This document shows positions 27,224-40,223 of a stretch of 64,000 nucleotides of DNA, piece after piece. Positions within the stretch are counted from its first letter, which is position 1; each line of letters starts with the position of its first letter. The translations under genes were made by a program, and so were the position numbers. Below the pieces are notes generated by a model that did no database searches, was not told the origin of the DNA, and saw nothing but the letters and a program-made list of their open reading frames with translations. Location: NCBI GenBank assembly GCA_964016885.1, contig OZ024742.1, positions 182,404,001 through 182,468,000 of the forward strand, given 5' to 3'. The DNA is from Eledone cirrhosa (Eukaryota).

Positions 27224-28207
27224 TACATACATGCATACATACATGAATTCATACATACATACATACATACATACATACATACATACATACATACATACAT
27301 ACATACATACATACATACATGCATGCATACATACATACATACATACATACATACATACATACATACATACATACATACATACATACATAGATGCATACTC
27401 ACATACACATATATACATATGTGGGTGTGCGTGTGGGTGTATTGTAAGGCTCATGATAACTCAATGATATCTTTTAAGACTAAACCTGTAATTAGAGTCG
27501 TATAATTCATAAAGGCATCAGGTTTATTCTGTAGTGGGGTGAAAGATTTAAGTATCATAAGGAGGCAGGATCAAAATACCTGAAGGTTTCGGTATGACCA
27601 CGGTGTCAGCTGAAGTGGCGTGAAAGACTGAAGTGCTAGAAGGGGACCAAAACAGCTGAAAGACTAGGGGCCTTTACCATGGGTTAATCCGTCATTGACT
27701 GTAAAACAAGCTACGGCAGTCCTGATGTAGATAGTATTGGATAATATATACACTTATTTATTGCTATATTGTGTGGTCATAGATAATTATTTAGAAATGG
27801 ACACTCAATCATTGACATTTGTCGAGATATAAACCATTGAGTCGTCAGTTAGTTATCCAATACTCTATTGTACCGACTGGCTGACATCGTATCTCTATAA
27901 AAATCTATTTACATTTCTCTTGCGAAGACATTTTAATTCATGCCTTATAAAGATTTAAACACTGAAATCACGTAGGTCCTCCACGCCTCATCCTCTCTTC
28001 TGCGGTGTGTTTCTTATGTTAGCCAGCTCAAGAGAATCATTCACCTTATCACTATTATAAACTATTGATATCGTGTACCACTTGAAACCGCTATATCAAA
28101 ACATTCTTGAAATGTACAAAAAAGCACTATGTCTGAATTACATTAAACATTGAAATTCTAACTATAATCTTGCAAATTTTCACAAAGATCTGCAAACTTG
28201 AATTTAA

Positions 28208-28400
28208 ATAATTGTTTCTACTATTGGCACAAGGCCAGCAATTACCCAATACATTACTGGTACTTTATTTTATCGACCCCGTAAGGATGAAAGGCAAAGT
28301 TAACCTCGGCGGGATTTGAACTCAGAATGGCAAGGGCCGTAACTCTATGCGTCAAAGCATGGCGTCCGACCCTCTACCGATACTGCCAATTCACCGCCCC
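28208..28400 (-). mobile_element. SINE family M, full length
   Basis: TSD cttgaatttaaataat at about 28197-28212 and 28400-28415. Confidence 0.92.
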
Positions 28401-28449
28401 TTGAATTTAAATAATTTCGACCAATTCATTACAGGACGTTGAAAGTTTT

Positions 28450-28670
28450 AATAAATGGCTTCTAATTGGAGCACAAGGTCAGACATTTTGGCGAGAGGGA
28501 GAAGTCAATCATATCTACATTTGTACTTGATTGCTACTATACTTTACCGACCCAGGAATGATAGAAGGCAAATTTGGCCTCAGTAGGATTTGAACTCAAA
28601 ATGAAATGAGCCGGAACGAATGCTGCAAAGCATTTTGTTCCACGCTCTAACGATGCTGCCAATCCACCAC
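28450..28670 (-). mobile_element. Older SINE family M long-form copy
   Basis: Diverged match (ggatttgaactca, ctctaacgatgctgccaatccacc). Confidence 0.7.
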
Positions 28671-28736
28671 TCTACAAAGGAAATTATCATATATGATAAA
28701 ATGTGTTACTTAATAACCGACATAAGTGGATCTTTA

Positions 28737-28831
<95 letters not shown>

Positions 28832-29863
28832 ACGTTTTCTGTTCTATTATTATACATCGCGTATTTCAAATTTGTGTAGAGTTTATTCGTAATCTTTGGA
28901 CAAAAGATAAAATGCGTACAAACAGTATTCTGTAGACTTATTGGGTGTATTTAAGTACAAACAAATATTTGACGTGAAACAGCCTATTCTTAAAAGATAT
29001 ATCCCGTCTGAGCTTTGTGTGTTGTTGTTTTCATTGTGTCTTTATTAGCAGCCTTAGATTTTCTCTCGTTTCCTTCCACATTTAACAATCTTTGGGTTGT
29101 TTAACTGAACTAATACACTTAGAAAGTTGTTGAATCTGTCAACAACTGCACTGCTTAATAAACTGCTTGCACCGACAGACCCACAATACACGGCCATTCG
29201 CTAAGATATATAAACTATTTTACAGTCAAACATAAAAAAAAACAGCTAAACAAGATGTAACAAAATCTAGCGAAAAATTTAGAGTGGAGGGAGAAAAAAT
29301 GTTGTTGAGCTGTTTAGTGTGAATTCCATTCAGCTTTCCTGAGATTTACACTTCCCTTACTCGAGGTGTCCAGAACCAACGTTTCTTTATTTGTGGCTTT
29401 GTTACTTAAGTATTAAATAACTTTCTTTCCTTCCTTTACCAACGATCTTTCGGTGGTTTCAATTTCTAACTGTCAAGGGAGATATTTTAAGTGTTTTACT
29501 GCTGGTCCCTTGTGAAAATGAATGCCGTCTGCACAGAACAACAACAGAACCGCAGAACTTCCGAAATTAATACAGACGTTTAGTCTGCCTACAGCTTAAG
29601 CGAGACACCCTAACCAACATATATTATCCGATATTTTACAAACGCGTTCAATTGGAGAATATTAAAGGTTTACATTCACACACACGAAAGAAACATTCCT
29701 ATGTATGTATATTTGTATGTATGCATGTATGCGGGTATGTATGTGTGTATGTATGTGCGTTTGAATGTGAGTATGTATATTTGTTTGTGGGCATATTTCT
29801 CTCTCTTTCTCTCTGTCTCTCTCTTTATATATATATATATATATATAAAGAGAGAGACCTCAC

Positions 29864-29924
<61 letters not shown>

Positions 29925-29931
<7 letters not shown>

Positions 29932-30100
29932 GTGAGTTTTTTTTTACAAAATGAAAAATAACCGAGGTGTCCTACACGAGTGAAAGTATAAAGAAAAAAA
30001 GATGAAATCGAAAATGCAACTGGAGTCTTATTTTAAAAAAAATATATATATTTATTTGGTTCCTTTACCGGTTTCGCAGGTATATATATTGTAGTTTCGC
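29925..30100. mobile_element. Family P3 mini-element, second copy, truncated within the hammerhead
   Basis: Homology to 18713-18937; tttaccggtttcgcag reads ctgcGAAACCGGUA on the minus strand. Confidence 0.75.
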
Positions 30101-30928
30101 ATATATAATATATATTGTAGTTTATATCATTATTCACACATACACATACAGATACAGACACACACACACATGCATGTGTATATATAGGATATTGGATTGT
30201 TTGAAACGGTTGCTATGTCTTTTCATTTTCTACTACTGCTGCTGCTACTACTACTACTACTACTACTACTACTAATCTTTTGTACTGCTGGTACAAAGCC
30301 AACATTTTTTATTATTTTGGGAGATGCTTGACTGGCCTCACTTAAACCGATACTAGTATTTGACTGGTACTTTATTTTCTTGTGTGCCTGTGTGATATAT
30401 CTATAGCATACTATACTGTGTGATATATCTATACAATACTATACAGACGTATTTCATATAATTTCAGGTTTTTACTATTTGCACTCACCTTTATCCGTGT
30501 TTATCTTAAACGTTATCGGCAACTGAACCAAGAAAATATCAATCCACATTTGATATGATAAAACTATAGATTTGAATGGAAATTATTATTATTAACAGAT
30601 AAAGATATTCTTACAAGGAGATCAAAAGCTTATTAGTAATTCCTACCGTGAAAGCTTTTTCAGAAAGATATAATATAGTAAGCTCTTTTTCTACTACATG
30701 ATTTGTATTGTTTTATTTGGCAGAAATATCTCAACTGTACAAATTCCTCTCTATCTAAATTTAAAATAGGCTCATTCAGTGTCACGTGTTACACGTATTT
30801 GGTTTCATTTCTTTAATGCTATGGAAATGATAGATAATCCTTTCCTACTTTTATGGTTCTAGAATTGTATGATAGAAATTATCTGGAATTAGATGAGGTT
30901 GAAAAATTCTTGTTTAAATAAAAAGAAA

Positions 30929-30963
<35 letters not shown>

Positions 30964-31280
30964 CAATACATGAAATAATGTTTAAGTATTGCTGAAAATA
31001 ATAAATTTAAAATGGATAGGATGAAGAGTTGTGAAACAGTTGGTTATAGAATCTTGGAAACTTGCTTCACGGAGAAATACAAAAAAAAAGATATATATAT
31101 ATATTGATATTATCATTGAATAAAAAAAAGACATGAATATGTTAAAATATTGAATCGCTGAAAGCAAATGTATAATTCATATAAATAAACTTTTATTTTG
31201 GTACAAAAACACACATTTGTATGGGAATGGAAGAGTAGATTAAATTGATATCGGTATTTGAGTTGTATTTTATCAACAAT

Positions 31281-31825
31281 TAGGGCGGTGAATTAGCATT
31301 AGAACGTGGGGCAAAATATCTTGCAGCTTTTACTTACGCCTTTTTACATCAGGAATTCAAATCTTACTGAAACCAACGTTGCCTTTCTTCCTTCCAGAGT
31401 CGATAATAAAAAAGTACCATCACACATTGGCGTCATGGTAACCGACTTTCCCTTCCTCACAAATTGTTGGTCTTGTGACTACATTAAAAATCATTATTTC
31501 ATCAACTATAGGGCGGTGAATTCGCAGTATCGGTAGAGAGCCAGACACCATGCTCTGCAGCATAGAGTTACGGCCCTTTAGCGTCTGAGTTAAAATCCTG
31601 CCGAGGTTAACTTTGCCTTTCATCCTTACGGGATCGATAAAATAAAGCACCAGTAATGTACTGGGATCGACTTAATCGACTTTCCCCTCCACCAAAATTA
31701 CTGGCCTTGTGCCTATACAAGAAATCATTATTTCATCGGGGTCGATAAAATAAAGTACTAGTAATCCACTGGTGAATTGCTGGCCTTGTACCAAAAGTAG
31801 AAACAATTATTTCATCAACTATAGA
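31281..31825 (+). mobile_element. Nested/tandem SINE family M cluster (3 copies)
   Basis: Older copy 31281-31495, long form 31510-31735, 3' fragment 31735-31812; attatttcatcaactatag repeated at both flanks. Confidence 0.85.
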
Positions 31826-32234
31826 AAGAATGAAAGTTAAGATTAAATTTGGTAGGATTTAAACTTGGAACGTAACTAAGTCCCGCAAGGCATTTTAGTG
31901 TTTGAATTACTGTATCTGTCAATCTCGCTATTACCACGTTAAGTTGTATCGCCCCCCCCCCCCCCCCTCCTCCCCTCAGCTGTTCCAGATCCACAATGCA
32001 AGATGAATCTTCAGGAACTATAATCGTTTTAGGCCAACCTGTCTAAGTGTAGATCGCGGAGGCTATGGAATTAGAACTCATACCTCAAAGATCCGGAAGA
32101 GATACGGCAGAATATCCCAACCGATATTCTAATAGTCCTTCCTGCCTTTCACCGTATTTGAACTGGTGAAAAGCAAAGTTCTCGTCCGGATTTGAAATCA
32201 TAGTGCATTTTTTTTTTGTTTTGTTTATTTTTGT

Positions 32235-33396
32235 TATGGTTTCTGATTTAGGCACAAAGCTAGCCATTTTTTTTTCATTTTATTTTTTTTTGGGGGGGGG
32301 GGGGGTCGATTATATCGACTCCAGTGTATTACTGGTACTTTATTTTATCGACCTCCGTAAGGATGAAACGTAAAGCTAACCTCGTAGGTATTTGAATGCA
32401 GAACGTAAAGATCCGGATGAAATACGGCTGTATATCCCAACCAATTCTCTAATAATTCCGACATTCCACCGCATTTGGACAGGTTTTTAATTATCGAAAA
32501 GATGAAAAGCAAAGTTGACATCATCTTGATTAGAACTCAGAATGCTGCTTTTAATAATTGTTTCTACTTTAGGCACAAGGCCAGCAATTATCCCAGTGTA
32601 TTATTGGTACTTTATTTTATCGACCCCGTAAGGATGGAAGGCGAAGTTAACCTCGGCGGGATTTGAACTCAGACCACAAAGGGCCGTAACTCTATGCTGC
32701 AAAGAATGGCGTCCGACCCTCTACGGATACTGCCAATCCACTTTTAATAACTGTTTCTACTTTTGGCACAAGGCTAGCAATTACCCAGTGTATTACTGGT
32801 ACTTTATTTTATCGACCGCGTAAGGATGAAAGGCAAAGTTAACCTCGGCGGGATTTGAACTCAGATCATAACTTTTAATAATGATGTATGATAATATGTA
32901 GTTATTTTATTTTAAACCAAAGTTTACTAGAAGGGAGTATAATTATATTTTGAATTTTCACTAATATATTACTGGTATCGAAAGAAAGAGGGAAAATAAA
33001 TCAGACACTAGCTATACTTGATACTTAAATAAATGGTACTAATAATTATTTCTACTTTTGGCACAAGGCCGACAATTATCCCAGTGCATTACTGGTACTT
33101 TATTTTATCGACCTCGTAAGGATGAAAGACAAAGTTAACCTCGGCGGGATTTGAACTCAGACCATAAAGGGCCGTAATGATTTCTACTATAGGCACAAAG
33201 CCAGCAATTTGAGGAGGAGGGGGAAGTCGATTAAATCGATCCCAGTGTATTACTGGTGCTTCATTTTATCGACCCCATAAGGATGAAAGGCGAAGCTAAC
33301 TTCAGCGGGATTTGAACCCATAACGTAAAGGGCTTAAACACTATGTTGCAAAGCATGATGTCCGACTCTCTACCGATACTGCCAATCCACCACCCT
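32235..33396 (-). mobile_element. Dense SINE family M cluster (5 or more copies)
   Basis: Copies at about 32235-32470, 32555-32740, 32748-32870, 33042-33176 and 33177-33396. Confidence 0.9.
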
Positions 33397-34009
33397 AATG
33401 ATACTCCATAATGAAATTCATTTCGTCCAATGTTTGTAGTAAATCTGCCAAATTATCGCTATAAGAATTTTTATTTCACTGAAACACAGCAGAATGAGTT
33501 CATCAGTTGGCTCAACTCTAATATATTGCGTTGACTCTGAAAGCAATGTTGACGTCAGTGGTATTTAAATTTAGAGTGCAAACAGATGAAACTAAATATC
33601 ATGGGGCTTAAAAACAGAAAATTATTTTTAAAAATTCCACTTATAGCGTTGACCATGACCTCCTGAATATATTAATTAACTTGAAATACTATTGTAATAG
33701 CAGGGATTACGTCATCATTGTTTGATGCTAAATATAAAGAAATCTGACAAGAAATTTGACCTGATTTAATGAATGAAGAGTTAAAGTAACATGGCTGTGT
33801 GGTTAAGAGGTTCGCTGCGCAACCAGGTGATCCTGCTATCGATCCCGCTAAACGGCACATGGTGCCAGGGCCGTATTATTTATATGACTGATTAGAAGCC
33901 TGTAATTCTTTTTTTTTTTTGCTGTGATTCGGTGAAGGATTGAAGTGCTATAGTAGGTGAAAGTCTGTAGCCCGACAACGGGTTATTGCGGGCCTACATA
34001 TATATATAT

Positions 34010-34220
34010 TATATAGAAAGTATCGGAACTTTTAGTAGTTTTGACATTTTTAGAAAATGTAGGAATCCCAAATGCAGAAAATAGATGTAACCACAGTTGA
34101 TTACTAAAAACAACATCTTAGCACTTCGGGTAAAATACCCTAATTCAGCCGGTGTGGAGACTCGAACTCCATATCCCTCAAATTCCAGGTGACTGCTTAA
34201 ACCACTGAGCTATAAGCATA
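34010..34220 (-). mobile_element. tRNA-headed short element between TA tracts
   Basis: Minus strand tagctcagtggtttaagc (A box) ... ggagttcgagtctcc (B box/T arm), then a unique tail. Confidence 0.55.
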
Positions 34221-34282
34221 TATATATATATAATAAATGTACTATTAAATATGATTTCATAAAACGAAAGAAAACGTTAGCT

Positions 34283-34375
34283 TGCCTAGCAGATTGACTT
34301 GAACTCACGACCCTTAGATGACTCCTCAGTGATGTCATTAAACGTCTGATGTTCTACCGACTGAGCTATGTGGGA
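34283..34375 (-). pseudogene. tRNA-Lys(UUU)-derived pseudogene with a 19-nt intron-like insertion
   Basis: atagctcagtcggtagaacatcagacgTTTa[atgacatcactgaggagtc]atctaagggtcgtgagttcaagtc matches eukaryotic tRNA-Lys(TTT); acceptor and T stems are broken. Confidence 0.65.
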
Positions 34376-35514
34376 TAGTTTAAATTAAATATATATTTAT
34401 CAATTTTTATTTTCTTTAATAAATTATACATACATATATTATGTCAACTATATTTTACAAAAAGAAGTTATACAATGATGCAATTATGGGAAAAAAAAGA
34501 TAAAAACAAAATTAAGTAAGGAATAGAGGGTGGAAGAGCAAATCTGGCTGTAAATGAAAGAAGAGGAAAGAACTATCATATATATATTTATACAGAGAGA
34601 AACGGGGAGGGGAGATAGAGGGAGAGAGACGATGAAAGGTCCTATATGCGTGTGTGTGTTTATGTCCTGTAGCTTAGGAGTTCTACAAATAGTGATTAAT
34701 AAAACAAGTACCAGGCTGGGATCGATAGCTTCTAGAACCTTTCAATGTGCTGTTCCAGCAAGAATGTAATGAAATCATTAAAGTTTGTAAAAGAGTAAAA
34801 AAAAAAAAAAGAACGTGAAAAGCTACAACCTAGTTACAGTGATGTATTCTGTATTGGTGTAATGAATGTATGAATAACTTTTAAACAAGTGTCAAGAATA
34901 TGGCTAAGGAAATATTTCTCTTTTGTGCCACCCTATCTTATTTGAGAAACACGTGACTTACTGAGATACTTTCTTTGCTAATGATGTCCTTGTAACACAG
35001 AAAAAATATTCTGCTGACTTTTATCATTGAGAAAGTCACGTTATCTATTTAGACAATGTATATAATTCACTATCATTCTTTGTCACGTCCCTCCCCCCAC
35101 CTCTCTCTCGACTATGAAATGTCAAAATAGATCTAATAAACAGTAGCACATAATGTATTAAAATAATACTATTACATGTTTTTTAAAAGTCATTAGTATC
35201 ATATTTTGTTCTTGTAGCATTGATATTTCCCACGCATCACTGATTTCAACAGAGACCATTTCTTTGTATTCAACAAAAAATATTACGTTTTCGCATTACA
35301 TGTTAATTTCCAACGCTCTGTTAAAGAAATAGATTTTATAAAAAAAGGCACTTAATTTATTCATTATTTATTTATTTACTATTAAATTCGGTGGGACATT
35401 ATTTCTAGAATGATAGGCTGTCGACATCGAAAAAAAAAAAGGAATACAAAATCAATATATCAAAACAATGTCTTTGTGTTTGTCTCCCTACTGATTTGCT
35501 TTTTATTCCTTTAG

Positions 35515-35800
35515 TTAACAATAGTCTTTAGATATAAGTAAATATTACCTATATATAAGATATAAGTTAATCGTTAGAAATATATTAGTCGTTAGATATA
35601 AGTTAGTAAGAGACGTTAGAAATACATTAGACGTTGGATATATGTTATTCGTTAGAAATAAGTTAGTCTTTAGATTTAAGTTTGATGGAGTCTGACAATA
35701 GTCTTTAGATATAAATAGATATGAGTTAGTCGCTACATATAGATTAGTCATTAAATATTATTCGTTAGATATAAGTTAGTAATAGACATTAGATATAACT
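35515..35800. repeat. Degenerate minisatellite (gtcgttagatataagtta-like unit, about 18-21 bp)
   Basis: Recurrent cgttaga/tataagttag motifs. Confidence 0.7.
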
Positions 35801-36012
35801 TAACCAGTGACCTCACAAACTGTTCTCTTCTGTGGCTTCTTAACGTTCGTTGTTCTAATGGAATCTGCTTTTTTTGCTAATTCTGAACCACCATCATCTG
35901 TTCATTCAAAACAGTGAATACACTATTCAAGATTATCTGTGAAGTAATGGTCAAAATGTTGTAACTGGAAAATTCGTTAATATAAATCCACACATACCCA
36001 GACACACGTATG

Positions 36013-36079
<67 letters not shown>

Positions 36080-36403
36080 TAAAACATGTCTATAGAATCA
36101 CAAGATAAAATACATACCATATATACCATTTCCTCTTCCAATTAGCGTAATTAACTATATAAAAAATCGAATAGACCAGGCTATAAGAATGAGGCTTCTA
36201 TGAAGAAATCTCCAACAAATAACCGAAACTAGCCCTTCGCGTCGGCCGCAACGGAATATTTATCGAATATTTCGACAGCGTAATCGCCCAGATACAGTCA
36301 ATTAAACAGAATTAGGTGTAAAATAAACTAGAAGAAAATAGAATACATTTAATATATATATATATAAAGTTGTAATTAAATCAAGGTCGACTGTATTATT
36401 ACG

Positions 36404-37424
36404 CTAGCAGCACTACCCAGCTTTGCCTGGGTAGGTAAAATAAAATCTGCTTTGATGAAAAGGTGTTGATCTTAGCGACTGCTTCTCGATGACTCATCTA
36501 TGGCCACACACAGGCCATGCGGGGGAGGGTGGTGATGACCTCTATCTGAGAAACGCGGGTGACTGACGAAGCGGCATGCTGGGGGAGGGAGGTAATGACC
36601 TCTAACACTAAGCCAAATTTCCTCACGCTACTTGATTGGAAACCGATGAATTCTCAAATAGACAACTAAAAACTCAGACGACGTCAGTGGCCATTGTTTT
36701 GCCTTTGACCATCTATAAGATGAGCAATGATAGGTTCTATCGTAGTATAACATTTGAACCAAATAAATTGATTTATGTGTGAGGTGGAGCCGAAGTTTCG
36801 AATTTGAACGAAATCGGTTGAAAAATGTGGGAGCTAGAGCCGAAAAGGCGGAAATTTGAGCGAAAAGGTGGTATTTTCGAATATTTAAGCGGCTGCCACG
36901 CCGTTCCTGAAATCCAAAATGTAAAGCCCCTTTAAGACGTGAAATAATTCGATCTAGCGTAGTTTAAAATTTGAACAAAGTAGGTGGATTAATGTGGGAG
37001 CTAGAGCCGAAAAAGTGGAAATTTCAGTCTAAAAGTGGTATTTTTGACTATTTAAGCGGCTGCCACGCCGTCCCTGAACAACAAATGCAAATTATAAAGC
37101 CATTACAGGATGTGCAATGATAAATTCTATTTTGCTTTAAAATTTGAACGAAATCGGTGGCAAAATGTGGGAGCTAGAGCCAAAAATCTTATTTTTCGAT
37201 ACCTAAAAAAAGGTGACCCCCCCCCCCCCCCTTTCTATCGATTTTCGATTTTTATCTGCAGAATGACCCCGGAATAAAAAAAAAAGCGATACGCTGATAT
37301 ATAGAAAACACTCCCCGATGACTAATCTATGAGCCTGTAAAGTTTCATGAAAATCGGTCGTAAGATGTAGGTAATACACAGACACAGACACAGACACACA
37401 CACATACTTAATTTTATATACAGA
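36404..37424 (-). mobile_element. Non-autonomous Helitron with internal tandem repeats
   Basis: Minus strand a|TCtgtatataaaatt... start; 3' hairpin acccaggcaaagctgggt then CTAG; three units of about 170 bp (aatgtgggagctagagcc at about 36824, 36991, 37164). Confidence 0.75.
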
Positions 37425-38399
37425 TTGCCTAAAACTATTCAAAAAAATTTGGATCAACTCTGATTGATTCTTCAAAGAGAATTAAAATCACAAGAAAGTC
37501 TTTATTATTTGAAGTTTTTTTACTTTACAGTATTTAGATGCTACAGCCTTGAGTCAACTCAAGCTCTGTGAGTGAAATTAGATATTCGGAAACTGGGTAG
37601 AAGCCCATCGGATGGACTGTACCTGTAATTCAATGTTCTACCATTGACAAGTGTTACGTCACGCTGATTTGACTTGGGAATTATGTTAAGGCTACACGTG
37701 TCTGTGGAATTATCAACCACTACTAATCCCCTAATTAACTAGTAGAGTGTCAAGTTGATTGAACAAGCGAATGAAATGCTCATCATCAAAACCGACGGAG
37801 CATCCAACATCATATATGTGCTTGTAAGACATTTGAAATGAAAATAAAATGTTAGATCTATGACAATCAAGAGTGATTCGTTCGAATGGATTTAAAACTG
37901 GGAAGTGTCTGAAAAGAAAATATTTTTAATTCCCCGTGCAACATCGATCGATAAATAGAATCTTTTCAGTGTTGTATATCAGGAATTCAGTATAAAGATA
38001 AACCTATTCTAGTTTGGAACGTACACACTTACATACATATTCAATCACATATATACATAAGCATACGTACACACTCACACATAGATATACACATTAATAC
38101 TTATATAAGCATGCGCACATACACGCACAAACGCACACACACACACATTGAAGCACACAAATGCATACACACATACATACACTTTCAAATACGCATACAC
38201 GCACAAACACAGATTGAAACACATATATACACGTGCATACATACACACTCAAATACATATACATACGCATGCGTACGAATTCAAACACAGGCATTTATAC
38301 ATATACATACGTAGACGTTCATATACACTCACATTTACGCACTCATTCACGCCAAGTTTTCAGTTTTCATTAGTTAGCCCATATATTTCACTAATACCA

Positions 38400-38583
38400 T
38401 TAATTGATTCTACTTTTGGCACAAGGCCAGCACCATCCCCAGTGCATTACTGGTACTTTATTTTATCGACCCCGTAAGGATGAAAGGCAAAGTTAACCTC
38501 GGCGGGATTTGAACTCAGAATAGCAAGGGCCGTAACTCTATGCGTCAAAGCATGGCGTCCGACCCTCTACCGATACTGCCAAT
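38400..38583 (-). mobile_element. SINE family M, short form
   Basis: Near-identical to 28208-28400. Confidence 0.92.
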
Positions 38584-39069
38584 AACTTTGAGAAAGACGT
38601 GAATAAATCAACTTGTCCACATTTAACTCCCCCCATCTCATCACCACCACATAAACATGAAACACTTGTATCAACTAAACAACCAGTAACAATTACGCTA
38701 TGTTTACAATTGTTAATCAAATTAATTGTGTTTTATTCATATTAGTAAAGGAACGCCTGGTATGATCATTGTGGGCTGCCATAGATACATACGGCATTTC
38801 GTGAGTATTTTAAAGCCGAATGAGCCCATACAGACAGCCGATTAGTCCCAGAGAAAGAGAAAGGAACTGGGAAAGAGATATATAGGAAACATCGACTCAA
38901 GTACTGCACTGGTATTTTTTTTATTGACCTCAAAACGATGAAAAGAAAAGTTGCCATCGGCGAGGTTTGATCAATAGCTCAGTGAGCGGGTGCGAATAAT
39001 ACAAATCATTATATATGATGTTTTAATGACTCTGCCAATCGGCTCCCTTATCGAAAGAACATACATATC

Positions 39070-39700
39070 TAAAAAAAAAAAAAAAATAAATAAAAAGGCC
39101 GCCGCTCACTATCGAGTGTTGTGTTCTTCACTGCCGATGTAGTGATGAGCTGGCTCTTCCTCCCGATCATCACACTCCTCGCGGGCTCATCGTGTAGAAT
39201 CCTGTGTTCTTGTATCGCAAGTATCTGTATACCACTCTCCTCGAACAGATGTCCCAACTCCTCTCTCTTCTCCAGCGTTCGAATAGTCCTCACATTCAAA
39301 GTGCCCATTTTGATGGCTCTTCTGCAGGACAAAACTGCATTCTTTATATTTGTCTCAGAGACAGCTGATCCATCATCCACTGGCCCTCTCTGTGGCTCTA
39401 AGCCAGCAGAGTCATAACGACCAGGCTGCTCCTTGACAGTGTAATTAGGGGCTCTAACCCTAGTGCTGTTAGATCGACTCTCCATATTTCTTTTCAATGG
39501 CTGACAATACCTTACCGGCGCCACTCGAATAAGGTAGTTATTTAACCCATAAATGGAGCCCTAACAGGTACTACCACCCCGGGCCAGGGCAGACCTGGGA
39601 GTCATGACAACTAAGGGGTAACTCCACATTCCCCACATCTCCTGAACTCCCGAACTGGAGCCTTGCCACTGGATGTAGTTTAATGTCATACCCAGGACAT
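39070..39700 (-). mobile_element. RTE-like LINE 5' portion (5' UTR plus AP-endonuclease N-terminus), truncated or internally deleted
   Basis: IKMGTLNVRTI...GIQILAIQEHR AP-endonuclease motifs; GC-rich upstream leader. Confidence 0.85.
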
Positions 39701-40186
39701 CAATATTTGCATGGGACATGTTATCGCTCAGTTGGTTAGATGTTGATGTAGTGATGAGCAATCATAGACACTCATTGAACCATCCCAAAATTTGACCCAG
39801 CAGAGAATTTGTGGGTAGTATCAGAAGCTGACTGGTACTTCATTTAACGACACCGAAATGATAAAAATCAAATTGACTTTGAGATTTGAACAGTGGGTAC
39901 GACAACGTGAATAAGTTGGAATACGAAGTTCACTTCACAATATCGTGGATGCGAGTTCGGTCCTAGTGTGTGGTAATTTGAACAAGTGTGTTTTGTTTTT
40001 ACTATGGCCATGGATAGTCTGATGAGTTTTTATGTGAAATTTGGTTGAGAGAGATTGTGAAGAAGCCCGTTGCGTGGATTTGTAATTCAAAGGTCGAGGT
40101 TTGTCACATTGTTTCTTCCGTTGATCGAACAACTAAATACTCACCTGATGACTAGTTTAAACACAAACACACACACGTCTATCTAT

Positions 40187-40223
<37 letters not shown>

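Noticed and set aside
29113-29194. Possible terminal exon KLLNLSTTALLNKLLAPTDPQYTAIR*
   Set aside because: Too short to distinguish from chance
32555-33396. Regularly recurring 120-200 bp blocks as a repeat-spacer array
   Set aside because: They are SINE family M copies with variable truncation and target duplications
34110-34150. ctgaatta-gggta/taccc-gaag as a hammerhead behind a tRNA head
   Set aside because: Both core segments deviate and no stem III or NUH site is in register
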